Positions 29,837 to 38,693 of a stretch of DNA of 64,000 bases are shown piece by piece. The first letter of the stretch is position 1. Each line of letters begins with the position of its first letter. A model generated the notes under the pieces. It ran no database searches. It was not told the origin of the DNA and saw only the letters and a list, made by a program, of their open reading frames with translations. The DNA comes from Anaerolineales bacterium. Lineage in GTDB: Bacteria; Chloroflexota; Anaerolineae; Anaerolineales; UBA11858. The stretch lies in assembly GCA_034520505.1 (NCBI GenBank), contig JAXHNK010000007.1, positions 86,694 to 150,693 on the forward strand. Direction: 5' to 3'. The position numbers and the translations under genes were made by a program.

Positions 29837-30256
29837 TTACATTTCCGGAGCTGATCCGCCAGGCTGTTCAATTTTGATCACGCTGCCGTGGTGGTCAATA
29901 ATTATCTTGAAACCGGTCATTCCCATATAGGTCCGGCTTTCTTCCGGGATGCCGGTTTCCAGCACTTGTTCGAACTGCTGATCGATGTTTTTTAACTGTT
30001 CGGTGAGCATAGCCCGGGAAAAGATATCGTCCTGACCGAGCATTTTGGCCGCTTGCTCGCTGAGGTATTCTTCATGCCCCTGAATCGATTCCCGCAGTGC
30101 TTCCAAAACCTGTTTATCTACCTTTTCCGAGGGGATATGCCGCTTAAACCCGTCATCATCGACCACGTAACAGGGGTCATCACCTACATAGGTGGTTTCC
30201 ACTGCCCGGTCATATTCGTCGACAACTAACCCTGGAAAGAGGGCTTTTCTAGTCAT
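29837..30256 (-). CDS. hypothetical acidic protein
   Basis: 139-aa ORF 5 nt upstream of the thioredoxin gene. Coding-like composition; no family recognised. Confidence 0.5.
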   Translation of the reverse strand: MTRKALFPGLVVDEYDRAVETTYVGDDPCYVVDDDGFKRHIPSEKVDKQVLEALRESIQGHEEYLSEQAAKMLGQDDIFSRAMLTEQLKNIDQQFEQVLETGIPEESRTYMGMTGFKIIIDHHGSVIKIEQPGGSAPEM

Positions 30257-30281
30257 AGTTGATCACCAAAGCTTTCTCAAC

Positions 30282-30638
30282 CTACTGCCCAGCGATCCAC
30301 TCTGGTTCGGGGGTGATTTCTTTTTCCGGTTTTTTTCCGGGGTCTTCCAGCCCGGTGCTTTCCACGGTGTTTAAAATCCGGATGTTCATGTCAGATTCAA
30401 CAGTCATCTGACAGGATAACCGGAATCCTTTCTCACCTTTGTCCTGCCATTTATCACGTTCTGCCCGGGTCATCCGGGATGGTTCGCCGTCCAGAAATTC
30501 AACCCGGCAGGTTGTGCATTTTGCGTAACCTCCGCAGCGGTGAAGGATGTTTACCCCGGCGGTTTCGATGGCGTTTACCAGGCGGGTACCGGTCTGGACT
30601 TCAAAGGTTCCCTCTCCTTCAATGGTGAGTTTGGGCAT
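30282..30638 (-). CDS. 2Fe-2S ferredoxin
   Basis: 118 aa with Cys ligand pattern 'CGGYAKCTTC...(31)...SC' (C-x5-C-x2-C-x31-C). AAGGAGG RBS. Confidence 0.85.
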   Translation of the reverse strand: MPKLTIEGEGTFEVQTGTRLVNAIETAGVNILHRCGGYAKCTTCRVEFLDGEPSRMTRAERDKWQDKGEKGFRLSCQMTVESDMNIRILNTVESTGLEDPGKKPEKEITPEPEWIAGQ

Positions 30639-30681
30639 CGTCCCTCCTTAAAATAACAGAATTGTTAGAGCTATTTTATGA

Positions 30682-31260
30682 TTAATTTTGCTTTCCATCA
30701 ATAGCAGCCAGCAAAACTGCTGCCGCCAACCCCAGCCGGGGATCCAGAACCTGTTGATCGTCGAGAGAAAAATCAATCACCAGTTCATATCGCAGCAGGT
30801 GAAATTTTTGCCTGAATTCGGCAGCTGGTTTCCCTGCGATGTCTACTGAATAGGATTGCGGGAGCAGGGAACCTAACAACAGCCTGCGCAGCAGAGCTTT
30901 TCCCAGCTGATCCTCTTCGATTTTCCCCAAAATTTCCCGGGAAGGAGTCAGCAGCTGCCAGTGATCCCTGACCAGGGAGGAAAACCCCTTCCTGCGTAAA
31001 AAACCCACGGAAGCCCCGGAGGAAGCATCGATCACTTGATAAGAAGCGGCAAAATCGATTACCTGTTGGGCTTTAATCACCAGCAGTTCCCGGGACATCG
31101 CTTCATCCTGATAAATCCTGATGTCTTCCCGGAGTTTAAACATTTTTTGTTTACTGTACATCACCAGATTCCCCTCCGGGTTGAAAATGCGATACTGATT
31201 AGCGATGGAGAGCATCTTTCTTTGCAGGGTATAAGTTTTACGGGTAAATGCCTGGTGCAT
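30682..31260 (-). CDS. LURP-one-related / scramblase-like (tubby C-terminal fold) protein
   Basis: 192 aa. The repeated beta-strand pattern ('YRIFNPEGNLVMYSKQKMFKLREDIRIYQDE..RELLVIKAQ') resembles the PF04525 family. Judged by eye only. Confidence 0.45.
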   Translation of the reverse strand: MHQAFTRKTYTLQRKMLSIANQYRIFNPEGNLVMYSKQKMFKLREDIRIYQDEAMSRELLVIKAQQVIDFAASYQVIDASSGASVGFLRRKGFSSLVRDHWQLLTPSREILGKIEEDQLGKALLRRLLLGSLLPQSYSVDIAGKPAAEFRQKFHLLRYELVIDFSLDDQQVLDPRLGLAAAVLLAAIDGKQN

Positions 31261-31305
31261 GTCCGACTTTCCTTTCAGGTAAACTGGTTTAGGGGGATTC
31301 GAAGT

Positions 31306-32340
31306 TCAGGGACGGGGAATTACATCGACAATAGTGCCGGTTTTGTCATAGGTTGATTGTTCGCCGGCGGGAACCTGGGGCAGCGACCAACGGTACAGCC
31401 ATTGGGATGCCCGGGAGGGAAGGTTGATACAACCGTGGCTGCGGGCCTTGCCAAAATCATTATGCCAGTAGGTTCCGTGCAGGGCGATTCCGCTTTCTGT
31501 TATGTAGCTTATCCAGGGTACTCCCGGCAGGTCGTACCCGTTGTAAGCCAGGTTTCCGGCTGCCATATGCCGGGATGGTCGTTTATAGTTGGTCAAATGC
31601 CGTCCGGGCGGTGTGATATATTTGCCCGTACTGAAGTCAGCTCCGGTAGCGGCTTTGACCATAAAAACAGGTTCATTCCACTCATAAGCAATGACAACCT
31701 GTAAATCAGTCCGGACCTCGATCCTTTTGGCATAGTGGGGGACATGGGGTGAAATCAAGCTTAATTCCTCCGGGGGGAGCACCCGCAGATGGGCAGCGGG
31801 AACATAGTAATCCAGATCCCATTTATCCTCCAGGATATGGTAATAAGGGGTTCCGTCCTGGGCAAGGACTAATCCGGCGATCCAATGGGTAGTTTCATAA
31901 TAAAATCGGTAAGCTACGTGATAGCTGGCTCCCGGGGTCCAGAGGGCATCAGTGTAGGGAACGGTGACTTCTGCCAGGGCACCACCGGCGGGGATAGCAG
32001 AAATGACCGGGTTGGTCTGGGTACGGACCGGCTGCACGCCGCCGGAATGTACGTAGCCTTCTCGACCAATTCGATACCAGACCCGGTTGTATTCTGGCTC
32101 AGTCCCGCCAATTCTCACCTGGGCAATAGGTAAAACGGTGTCTTTCCAATACAGCCGGAGTCTTTTACTTTCAAAGGACGGCTTCTGAAAAAGGCCGATA
32201 TTCTCGTAAATCACCCGTCCTTGCTGACCGGAAAACAGCTTGCTTAACGGGCTGAGGCCGGGGCTGGATAATCCCAACAGGCCCAACCCACTGAGTTTCA
32301 GGAAACCTTTTCTGGTCAGCTGTTTGTTTTTTGACATCAT
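31306..32340 (-). CDS. L,D-transpeptidase (YkuD domain), exported
   Basis: Catalytic 'HGTYWHNDFGKARSHGCINL'. Tat/Sec-like N-terminus 'MMSKNKQLTRKGFLKLSGLGLLGL'. I chose the ATG at 32340, 1 nt after the upstream stop; the track start at 32403 overlaps. Confidence 0.85.
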   Translation of the reverse strand: MMSKNKQLTRKGFLKLSGLGLLGLSSPGLSPLSKLFSGQQGRVIYENIGLFQKPSFESKRLRLYWKDTVLPIAQVRIGGTEPEYNRVWYRIGREGYVHSGGVQPVRTQTNPVISAIPAGGALAEVTVPYTDALWTPGASYHVAYRFYYETTHWIAGLVLAQDGTPYYHILEDKWDLDYYVPAAHLRVLPPEELSLISPHVPHYAKRIEVRTDLQVVIAYEWNEPVFMVKAATGADFSTGKYITPPGRHLTNYKRPSRHMAAGNLAYNGYDLPGVPWISYITESGIALHGTYWHNDFGKARSHGCINLPSRASQWLYRWSLPQVPAGEQSTYDKTGTIVDVIPRP

Positions 32341-32341
32341 A

Positions 32342-33337
32342 TCAGTAATGAATATTGACGATGGTTCCCACACTTGCCCAGTTGAACAGCCATCCAGATT
32401 CATCAGTGCGCATATTGACGCAGCCGTGGCTCATGGGAGTCCCGAAATTATTGTGCCAGTAAGTACCGTGAATGCCGTACCCCTTATAAAAGTACATGGT
32501 ATAAGGCACGTTAGGTAAATAATATCCCGGGCCGCTCATGTGAGCATAACGGTATTTGACATAAATGCGGTAAGTTCCAGTAACTGTGGGGGTCACCCAG
32601 GTGCCGGTTGAAACGACAAATTTCCTGACTATTTTGTTTCCCTCATAGGCGTACAACCTCTGTTTGCTCAGATCGAGATCAATCCAGCGTTGGTTGGCCG
32701 AAATATCCGTGGGGAATCGGTATTTTTGATTGACTGGCGGTTTTTTGGTCTTGGTTGGCTGGGGAGTGGGCGTGGGGGTAAAAGTGGGTGTTGGCGACGG
32801 GGTGGATGTCGCTGTCGGTGTGAGGGTTGGTGTATATGTCAGGGTGGCTTTAACCAGGTTATCCTGGGTATCAGCAGTGGGTTGGGGCGTTAACTGCAGG
32901 GAGGGAAAGGCAAAGGAAAAATCAGGAGTCCACAGCCAACCGAGGGTGACCATTAACAGGACGAATACGGTCACAAACCAGGGGAGAACGGCGGGTTTGC
33001 TGGCAACCATCTGATCCCGGGAAAAGGAGAGGGAAAGCGGATCCCTCCGGGGCCGAGCAGCAGCGTCTAATTTCCGTAATCTGTCCGCAGCCCAGCGCAT
33101 CCCCCGCCGGGCAGCCTGACTTTGCGGGTTAATTTCCAGGGCCTTTCTCAAGTAGACGATGCTTGCCTGGGGAGATGACAGGGAAGCCAGAAACAGCCAG
33201 GGCTGCTCCTGGTCCGGGGCAAGTTTGACCGCTTTCCAGGCCAAACGCCGGGCTTTTTGTACCTGGCCTTTTTCCATGGCCTCTTTGGTTTGATTCAGCA
33301 CCTGTTGGGTGCTGACAGGATCTTGATCTTGGGTCAT
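32342..33337 (-). CDS. L,D-transpeptidase with N-terminal cytoplasmic TPR-like segment, TM helix and Pro/Thr linker
   Basis: 'HGTYWHNNFGTPMSHGCVNM' YkuD motif, TM 'LPWFVTVFVLLMVTLGWLW' and linker 'TPTLTPTATSTPSPTPTFTPTPTPQPT'. Confidence 0.85.
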   Translation of the reverse strand: MTQDQDPVSTQQVLNQTKEAMEKGQVQKARRLAWKAVKLAPDQEQPWLFLASLSSPQASIVYLRKALEINPQSQAARRGMRWAADRLRKLDAAARPRRDPLSLSFSRDQMVASKPAVLPWFVTVFVLLMVTLGWLWTPDFSFAFPSLQLTPQPTADTQDNLVKATLTYTPTLTPTATSTPSPTPTFTPTPTPQPTKTKKPPVNQKYRFPTDISANQRWIDLDLSKQRLYAYEGNKIVRKFVVSTGTWVTPTVTGTYRIYVKYRYAHMSGPGYYLPNVPYTMYFYKGYGIHGTYWHNNFGTPMSHGCVNMRTDESGWLFNWASVGTIVNIHY

Positions 33338-33340
33338 GGG

Positions 33341-34108
33341 TCACTCGGGATTTATTTCTTCCCTGTACAGATAACATAAAATACCCTGGGTAATTCCGCG
33401 GGCAACTTTCTCCGGGTGTTGGGTGAGCAGTTCTCGATCCTGATTCATGAAACCGGTTTCCAGGATCACGGCCGGCGTTTCCGGAGAGATCTCACTAAAG
33501 GCATGATAAGAAGTCATATCCTGGGTAAGTCTGGTATCTTCTCGTAATCCGGTGGCAGAAGCGTAGCGGTTTTTTAAACAGGCCATCAATCGCGCGGCCT
33601 GTTCCGGGCGTTTGTTTTCTACGGTCTCTGCTACTTTGAAGCCGGTACCAAGCTCGGGGATATATTCGCAGGTATCGGCATGAATGGATATTAGAGCGTC
33701 TGACTGATAATTTTCCAGCGTGTCGTCAAACTCTTTGAGCAAATCTACCTGAATCCCTTCCATCAGCAAATATTGCCTGGATAAGTCAGCAACTGTGTAA
33801 TTGATGTCTACTTCCCGGTGGCCGCCCAGGCTGTCGGGACAGATGGCACCTACGTCATGACCCCAGTGCCCCACAACAAGCCCAACGTGAAACTCTTCCT
33901 GGGGGGCGTTAGCATCTTCAGAAGGATCAGCGGTTAAATTATCGCCCTGGAAAAGGGCCAGATTGGATTCGATTCCAGTCGCCGGCCAGGCGGTAAAAAG
34001 GGTGGCGGTAAGCACAGCAACCATTAAGACAGTGAGAAGTCCTTTGACTGTCTTGAGAAAAAGGTTGCTTGGTGCCGAGGTTTTAGAGGATTCCGCTTGT
34101 GATTTCAT
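33341..34108 (-). CDS. N-acetylmuramoyl-L-alanine amidase (Amidase_3)
   Basis: N-terminal TM/signal anchor. Zn-ligand context 'VVGHWGHD', 'LISIHAD' and 'ILETGFMNQ'. Confidence 0.8.
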   Translation of the reverse strand: MKSQAESSKTSAPSNLFLKTVKGLLTVLMVAVLTATLFTAWPATGIESNLALFQGDNLTADPSEDANAPQEEFHVGLVVGHWGHDVGAICPDSLGGHREVDINYTVADLSRQYLLMEGIQVDLLKEFDDTLENYQSDALISIHADTCEYIPELGTGFKVAETVENKRPEQAARLMACLKNRYASATGLREDTRLTQDMTSYHAFSEISPETPAVILETGFMNQDRELLTQHPEKVARGITQGILCYLYREEINPE

Positions 34109-34300
34109 TCGGATATAATAGTCTCAGTAAAAATCGGAAAAAGGAATTTTATCAGCCTTATTTTACCCTATGATAGGCTCGACAGCCCCAGGAAGTGTTC
34201 CAATCGAAGGTGTTTTCTAAGCCTAAATTAAGGAAAAATAACCGGTTTACCTCGGATTTTGATTAAATTTCAGGCTCTACCCGATTAAAGGTGCAAGAAA

Positions 34301-34876
34301 ATGACCATACTTCTAAGCGAGGATGACCAAAAGCAGCTGTTAGAATTGGCCAGAGAGGCCCTGAACTGCAAGACACGGGGAGAGAACATCCCTCAACCCG
34401 ACCTGGCTGATTATTCTCCTGCTGTTCGGGAAAAAAGGGCTTGTTTTGTGACTTTGAAAAAGGGATCCAAACTGCGGGGGTGTGTGGGTTGTTTAGAAGC
34501 CAGGCAGCCTCTGGTTTATGAAGTTAGGGATCGGGCTGTAGCGGCGGGTTATCAGGATTTTCGCTTTCCCCCGGTGCAGGCGGAAGAACTTCCCCAGATT
34601 ACGATCGAGATCTCTTACTTAAGCCCTCCAGAACCATTGGTTTATCAAAACCCTGAAGAACTGGTAGAAAAACTTAATCCCGGGGTGGATGGCGTGGTTC
34701 TTGCTCGGGGAAACCGGAAAGCGACCTTCTTACCGCAGGTTTGGGAGCAGCTTCCCGCCCCCGAACAGTTCTTAAGCCGTTTATGTTTGAAAATGGGGGA
34801 GCAGCCGCAGGCCTGGCAGGAGAAACATTTTATTGTTAAAACATACCAGGTGGAAAAATTCAGGGAACCGGACTGA
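34301..34876 (+). CDS. AMMECR1 domain protein
   Basis: 191 aa with the hallmark 'ACFVTLKK...LRGCVGCLE' and 'ATFLPQVW'. Confidence 0.85.
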   Translation: MTILLSEDDQKQLLELAREALNCKTRGENIPQPDLADYSPAVREKRACFVTLKKGSKLRGCVGCLEARQPLVYEVRDRAVAAGYQDFRFPPVQAEELPQITIEISYLSPPEPLVYQNPEELVEKLNPGVDGVVLARGNRKATFLPQVWEQLPAPEQFLSRLCLKMGEQPQAWQEKHFIVKTYQVEKFREPD

Positions 34877-35102
34877 GCTGCGGGGACGGCTGGAATCTGG
34901 ATCTACCCGGGGATTTAATCCTCCAGTTTCTGGCAGGCACCTGCTTTCAGGGATCCCGATGATTGGTCGAGATTATTGGTTGAAGATAGATTTCTTCCCC
35001 GGTTAAACCGGGAAACTGTGCTAGAATAACCTCAGATTTGATTGTCACAGAAAGGCTGAATAAATCCCTTTGCCGCCGTCTAAAAAGGCCCTATGAAGCC
35101 CT

Positions 35103-38100
35103 ATGACTGAAAATAATTCTGAATCTAAGCCAAAGCCTCATGAACGCTTCAAAGAACTGCTGGAAAAGGCCAAGAGTGAAGAAGACCGGGCTGAAATCCT
35201 GGCGGAAATGTACTTAAAAGGAGATTATCCACCTTTTTTAAAGCCTGATGATGATCAGAGTGTGATCAGGGAAGAAGGTTCCAAACTGTCGGAAGGCGCT
35301 GAAGAGAGCAGAAGTCTCCGGGAAGAACCAACAACAAGTACCGGGGAAGAGCAATCAGCTCAGGATGAGGGTGTAGGTGAAGTAACTCCTCCTTACCAGG
35401 AAACGGTGTTACTGGGCGATGAATCTGCTGATGCAGAGACTGCGCTTGAGATTGATCCCGGAGCAAAAGACACAGAGCAGTTCCCGGCTGAACAACAAGA
35501 GAAGGAAAACCCGCTAAAAGATCCTTTTGCGGATACTCCACCTCCCGCTCTGGGAGAAACACCCCGGACACCTCCCCCTGCGATGGATTCCAGGGGTATG
35601 CCCTTGCCCCGGCGGGTCGAGGGGAGCGCTGCTCGGGAAACTGTTTCTCCTCAAGTAACGAAAAATCGGTCAGCCCTTCCCGCTTCCCGGCGGTATTCTC
35701 AACCGCACCGTTCCTCCTCCCAACCCCGTAAGGCTGGTTGGTTTGCAAGGGTCAAGAGCTGGTGGAAGAATTCCGGACCCCCCAGCTGGGATTGGAGCGG
35801 CAGGTTTGGTTGTTTGTTGAAGATGGGGGTGATTGGTTTATTTATCGGGGTGATCCTGGCCATAATTACCGCTTCTCTGGGGATTTACCACTATCAGAAG
35901 ATCGCCAGAACCCTGCCTGATGTGGAAGACCTCAGAGAGCAGGCTGCCCAATTTGAGACCACGCGGATCCTGGACAGGGAAGGGAATGAGTTGTATGAAA
36001 TTCTGGATCCCAATGCCGGCCGCAGAACCTACGTTCCCCTGGAGGAGATTTCTCCTTATCTGGTGGCAGCGACGATTGCTACTGAAGACGCAAATTTTTA
36101 CAGCCACCCCGGGTACGATGTCTTCGCTATAGCCAGGGCTTTTTATCAGAACCTGGTCAGTGATGAAATCGTTTCCGGAGCTTCGACGATCACCCAGCAG
36201 TTGACCCGGATGCTGTTATTATCACCGGAGGAACGTGCCCGCAGAACCTATGCCAGAAAGATCAGAGAGGCGATCCTGTCCGCAGAGATCACCCGACGCT
36301 ACAGCAAGGATGAAATTCTAGAACTCTACCTCAATGAGATCAATTTCGGGAACCTGGCTTACGGGGTAGAGGCGGCAGCGGAAACCTATTTTAAGACTTC
36401 TGCCAAAAACCTCACGCTGGGCCAGGCTTCGTTCCTGGCTGGTATTCCCCAGCTGCCGGCGGTTTATGACATTTACAACAACCGGGACGTCACCTTGAGC
36501 AGACATGAAAGCGTGCTGGTCCTGATGTACCAGGTCAGCAAAGAGCAGGGGTGTATTTATGTCAGCAATAATCAGCAGCGAATCTGCATCGGTCCCGGAG
36601 AGGCTACAGCAGCAGCCGAGGAAATTCGCCAGTATGAATTTACTGCACCTTACGGCGATATTCGCTTTCCGCACTGGGTAACATATATCCGGTCTTTGCT
36701 TGAAGAACGCTACGACCCGCAGACCATTTACCGGTCCGGGTTTACTGTTTACACAACGCTCGATCCCGGATTGCAGCAGGCCGGCCAGGATATAGTTCGT
36801 CAGCAGGTAGATGCCCTGAAGGGGAAAAGGGTGTCCAATGGAGCACTGATTGCGGTTCGACCTTCAACCGGTGAGATCCTGGCGATGGTAGGGTCCGCTG
36901 ATTTTAACAACGAGGATATCCAGGGTGAGATTAATATGTCCGTGAGCCCCCGGCAGCCGGGGTCGGCTATTAAACCATTAACTTATCTGGCAGCTTTTGA
37001 AAAAGGTTGGACGCCGGCGACGTTGATCTGGGATGTCCCTTCCGAGTTTCCCCCTTCTGGAGACCCCAATGATCCCCGTCCTCCCTATAAACCTGTAAAT
37101 TATGATGAACGATTTCACGGACCGGTCCGCCTGCGCTCGGCCCTGGCCAATTCGTATAATGTGCCAGCGGTGAAAACCCTCGATTTTGTGGGCATTTACG
37201 ATAATCCGGATACTCAAACCGAGGAAGGATTGATTCCTATGGCAGAGCGCTTGGGGATCACCACCCTGACCAGAGATGATTACGGTCTGAGTTTGACCCT
37301 GGGTGGAGGGGATGTGACCTTGCTCGAACTTACCGGTGCTTTTGCGACCATGGCTAACGGGGGCAGGCGCGTCCCACCGGCAGCTATCACCAGAATCGAG
37401 GATTTTCAGGGCAATGTGGTTTTCGATTATCAAACCCCCTCCGGCGAGCAGGTGCTCAGGCCGGAACATGCCTTCTTGATTTCCTCTATCCTGTCGGACA
37501 ACCGGGCGCGAACGCCGGCATTTGGTCCCAATTCTCTGCTCAACTTACCGTTCCAGGCGGCGGCGAAAACCGGCACAACCAACGATTTCCGGGATAACTG
37601 GACTGTGGGCTATACACCGGACCTGGCCGTTGGGGTCTGGGTGGGCAACGCTGATTACACCCCGATGATTGACACCAGCGGGTTAACCGGGGCGGCTCCG
37701 ATCTGGAATCAATTTATGAAAACGGGGATCCAGCAGCTGACCGGCGGCAATCCCTCTTCCTTTGTCAGACCGGCGGGGGTGATTGAACGGGTGATCTGTT
37801 CGGTATCGGGGACGGTGCCTTCTCAGTGGTGTCCCGATCAACAAAGTGAATATTTCGCTGCCGATCAACCCCCGCAGCCCGAGGAAGAAGACCTCTGGCA
37901 GGAAGCCACCCTTGACACCTGGACCAATATGCTGGCTTCGCCGGAATGTTCGGAATTTACCAAAACTGAAATGGCGATCAAGTTGGATGACCCCTGGGCG
38001 ATCAAGTGGCTGCGGGAAACCAATCAGGGACAGATGTGGGCGAAAAATCACGGTTGGAAAAAATGGCCCTATATTATCCGGGAGGATGAGATCTGTGAAA

Positions 38101-38621
38101 AGGATGATCCCCGGCCGATCCTGGAAATTGCTTCACCCCGCCAGGATGATGTGATTGATTCATCACCATTAAAAATCTTTGCCCGGCTGGATGCCACGGG
38201 TAAGTATAAAAGAGCGAGTCTGGAATTCGGACAGGGCTCTGATCCTGGCGATTGGGAAGTGCTGGAAAGGTTTGATTCCCCGATCACGGAGACGTCTGAG
38301 GTTTATTCCTGGGATGTCAGTGAGCTTTCTGCCGGGGTGTATTCTTTGAAGTTCCGGCTGGAAAGTACGCTTGGCGGCTATGCAGAAAAGATCATCCAGA
38401 TAGATCTCCAGGTGCCTACGCCCACCCCGACCCCCACTTCCACGCCTACTTTAACCCTGACTCCGACGCCGACGGAAACCCCGACGCCGACACCGACAAA
38501 CACCTCAACCTCAACCGCTGTTCCCCCGACGGCAACTTTGACCCCCAGTCTGACCCCGACACCCAGCCCGACACCCAGCCCGACACCCAGTCTGACCCCG
38601 GAACCCAGCCCGACACCTTAG
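35103..38621 (+). CDS. class A penicillin-binding protein (GT51 glycosyltransferase + transpeptidase) with long N- and C-terminal extensions
   Basis: 1172 aa. About 230-aa acidic/Pro-rich N-terminus, then TM '[21 protein letters not shown]'. GT51 '[12 protein letters not shown]' and 'GASTITQQL'. TPase 'GSAIKP' (SxxK), 'SYN' and 'KTGTTN'. Extra C-terminal domain plus a Pro/Thr tail. Confidence 0.9.
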   Translation: MTENNSESKPKPHERFKELLEKAKSEEDRAEILAEMYLKGDYPPFLKPDDDQSVIREEGSKLSEGAEESRSLREEPTTSTGEEQSAQDEGVGEVTPPYQETVLLGDESADAETALEIDPGAKDTEQFPAEQQEKENPLKDPFADTPPPALGETPRTPPPAMDSRGMPLPRRVEGSAARETVSPQVTKNRSALPASRRYSQPHRSSSQPRKAGWFARVKSWWKNSGPPSWDWSGRFGCLLKMGVIGLFIGVILAIITASLGIYHYQKIARTLPDVEDLREQAAQFETTRILDREGNELYEILDPNAGRRTYVPLEEISPYLVAATIATEDANFYSHPGYDVFAIARAFYQNLVSDEIVSGASTITQQLTRMLLLSPEERARRTYARKIREAILSAEITRRYSKDEILELYLNEINFGNLAYGVEAAAETYFKTSAKNLTLGQASFLAGIPQLPAVYDIYNNRDVTLSRHESVLVLMYQVSKEQGCIYVSNNQQRICIGPGEATAAAEEIRQYEFTAPYGDIRFPHWVTYIRSLLEERYDPQTIYRSGFTVYTTLDPGLQQAGQDIVRQQVDALKGKRVSNGALIAVRPSTGEILAMVGSADFNNEDIQGEINMSVSPRQPGSAIKPLTYLAAFEKGWTPATLIWDVPSEFPPSGDPNDPRPPYKPVNYDERFHGPVRLRSALANSYNVPAVKTLDFVGIYDNPDTQTEEGLIPMAERLGITTLTRDDYGLSLTLGGGDVTLLELTGAFATMANGGRRVPPAAITRIEDFQGNVVFDYQTPSGEQVLRPEHAFLISSILSDNRARTPAFGPNSLLNLPFQAAAKTGTTNDFRDNWTVGYTPDLAVGVWVGNADYTPMIDTSGLTGAAPIWNQFMKTGIQQLTGGNPSSFVRPAGVIERVICSVSGTVPSQWCPDQQSEYFAADQPPQPEEEDLWQEATLDTWTNMLASPECSEFTKTEMAIKLDDPWAIKWLRETNQGQMWAKNHGWKKWPYIIREDEICEKDDPRPILEIASPRQDDVIDSSPLKIFARLDATGKYKRASLEFGQGSDPGDWEVLERFDSPITETSEVYSWDVSELSAGVYSLKFRLESTLGGYAEKIIQIDLQVPTPTPTPTSTPTLTLTPTPTETPTPTPTNTSTSTAVPPTATLTPSLTPTPSPTPSPTPSLTPEPSPTP
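38415..38618 (+). repeat. in-frame Pro/Thr/Ser low-complexity repeat (68 codons) at the PBP C-terminus
   Basis: Translates to [28 protein letters not shown]...[24 protein letters not shown]. The DNA shows reiterated 'cccgacacccag' units. Confidence 0.9.
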
Positions 38622-38693
38622 AAAGAAAGGATCCCCGGGTATCTGGAAGATTTTCTTGGAAAATCAGGGTCGGAGGGTCAAAGGGGCAGAGAT

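Noticed and set aside
38415-38618. Reiterated 'cccgacacccag'-type DNA repeats that could be mistaken for a CRISPR array or satellite.
   Set aside because: They are in frame within the PBP gene and encode a Pro/Thr/Ser linker. There is no repeat-spacer architecture and no cas genes in the window.
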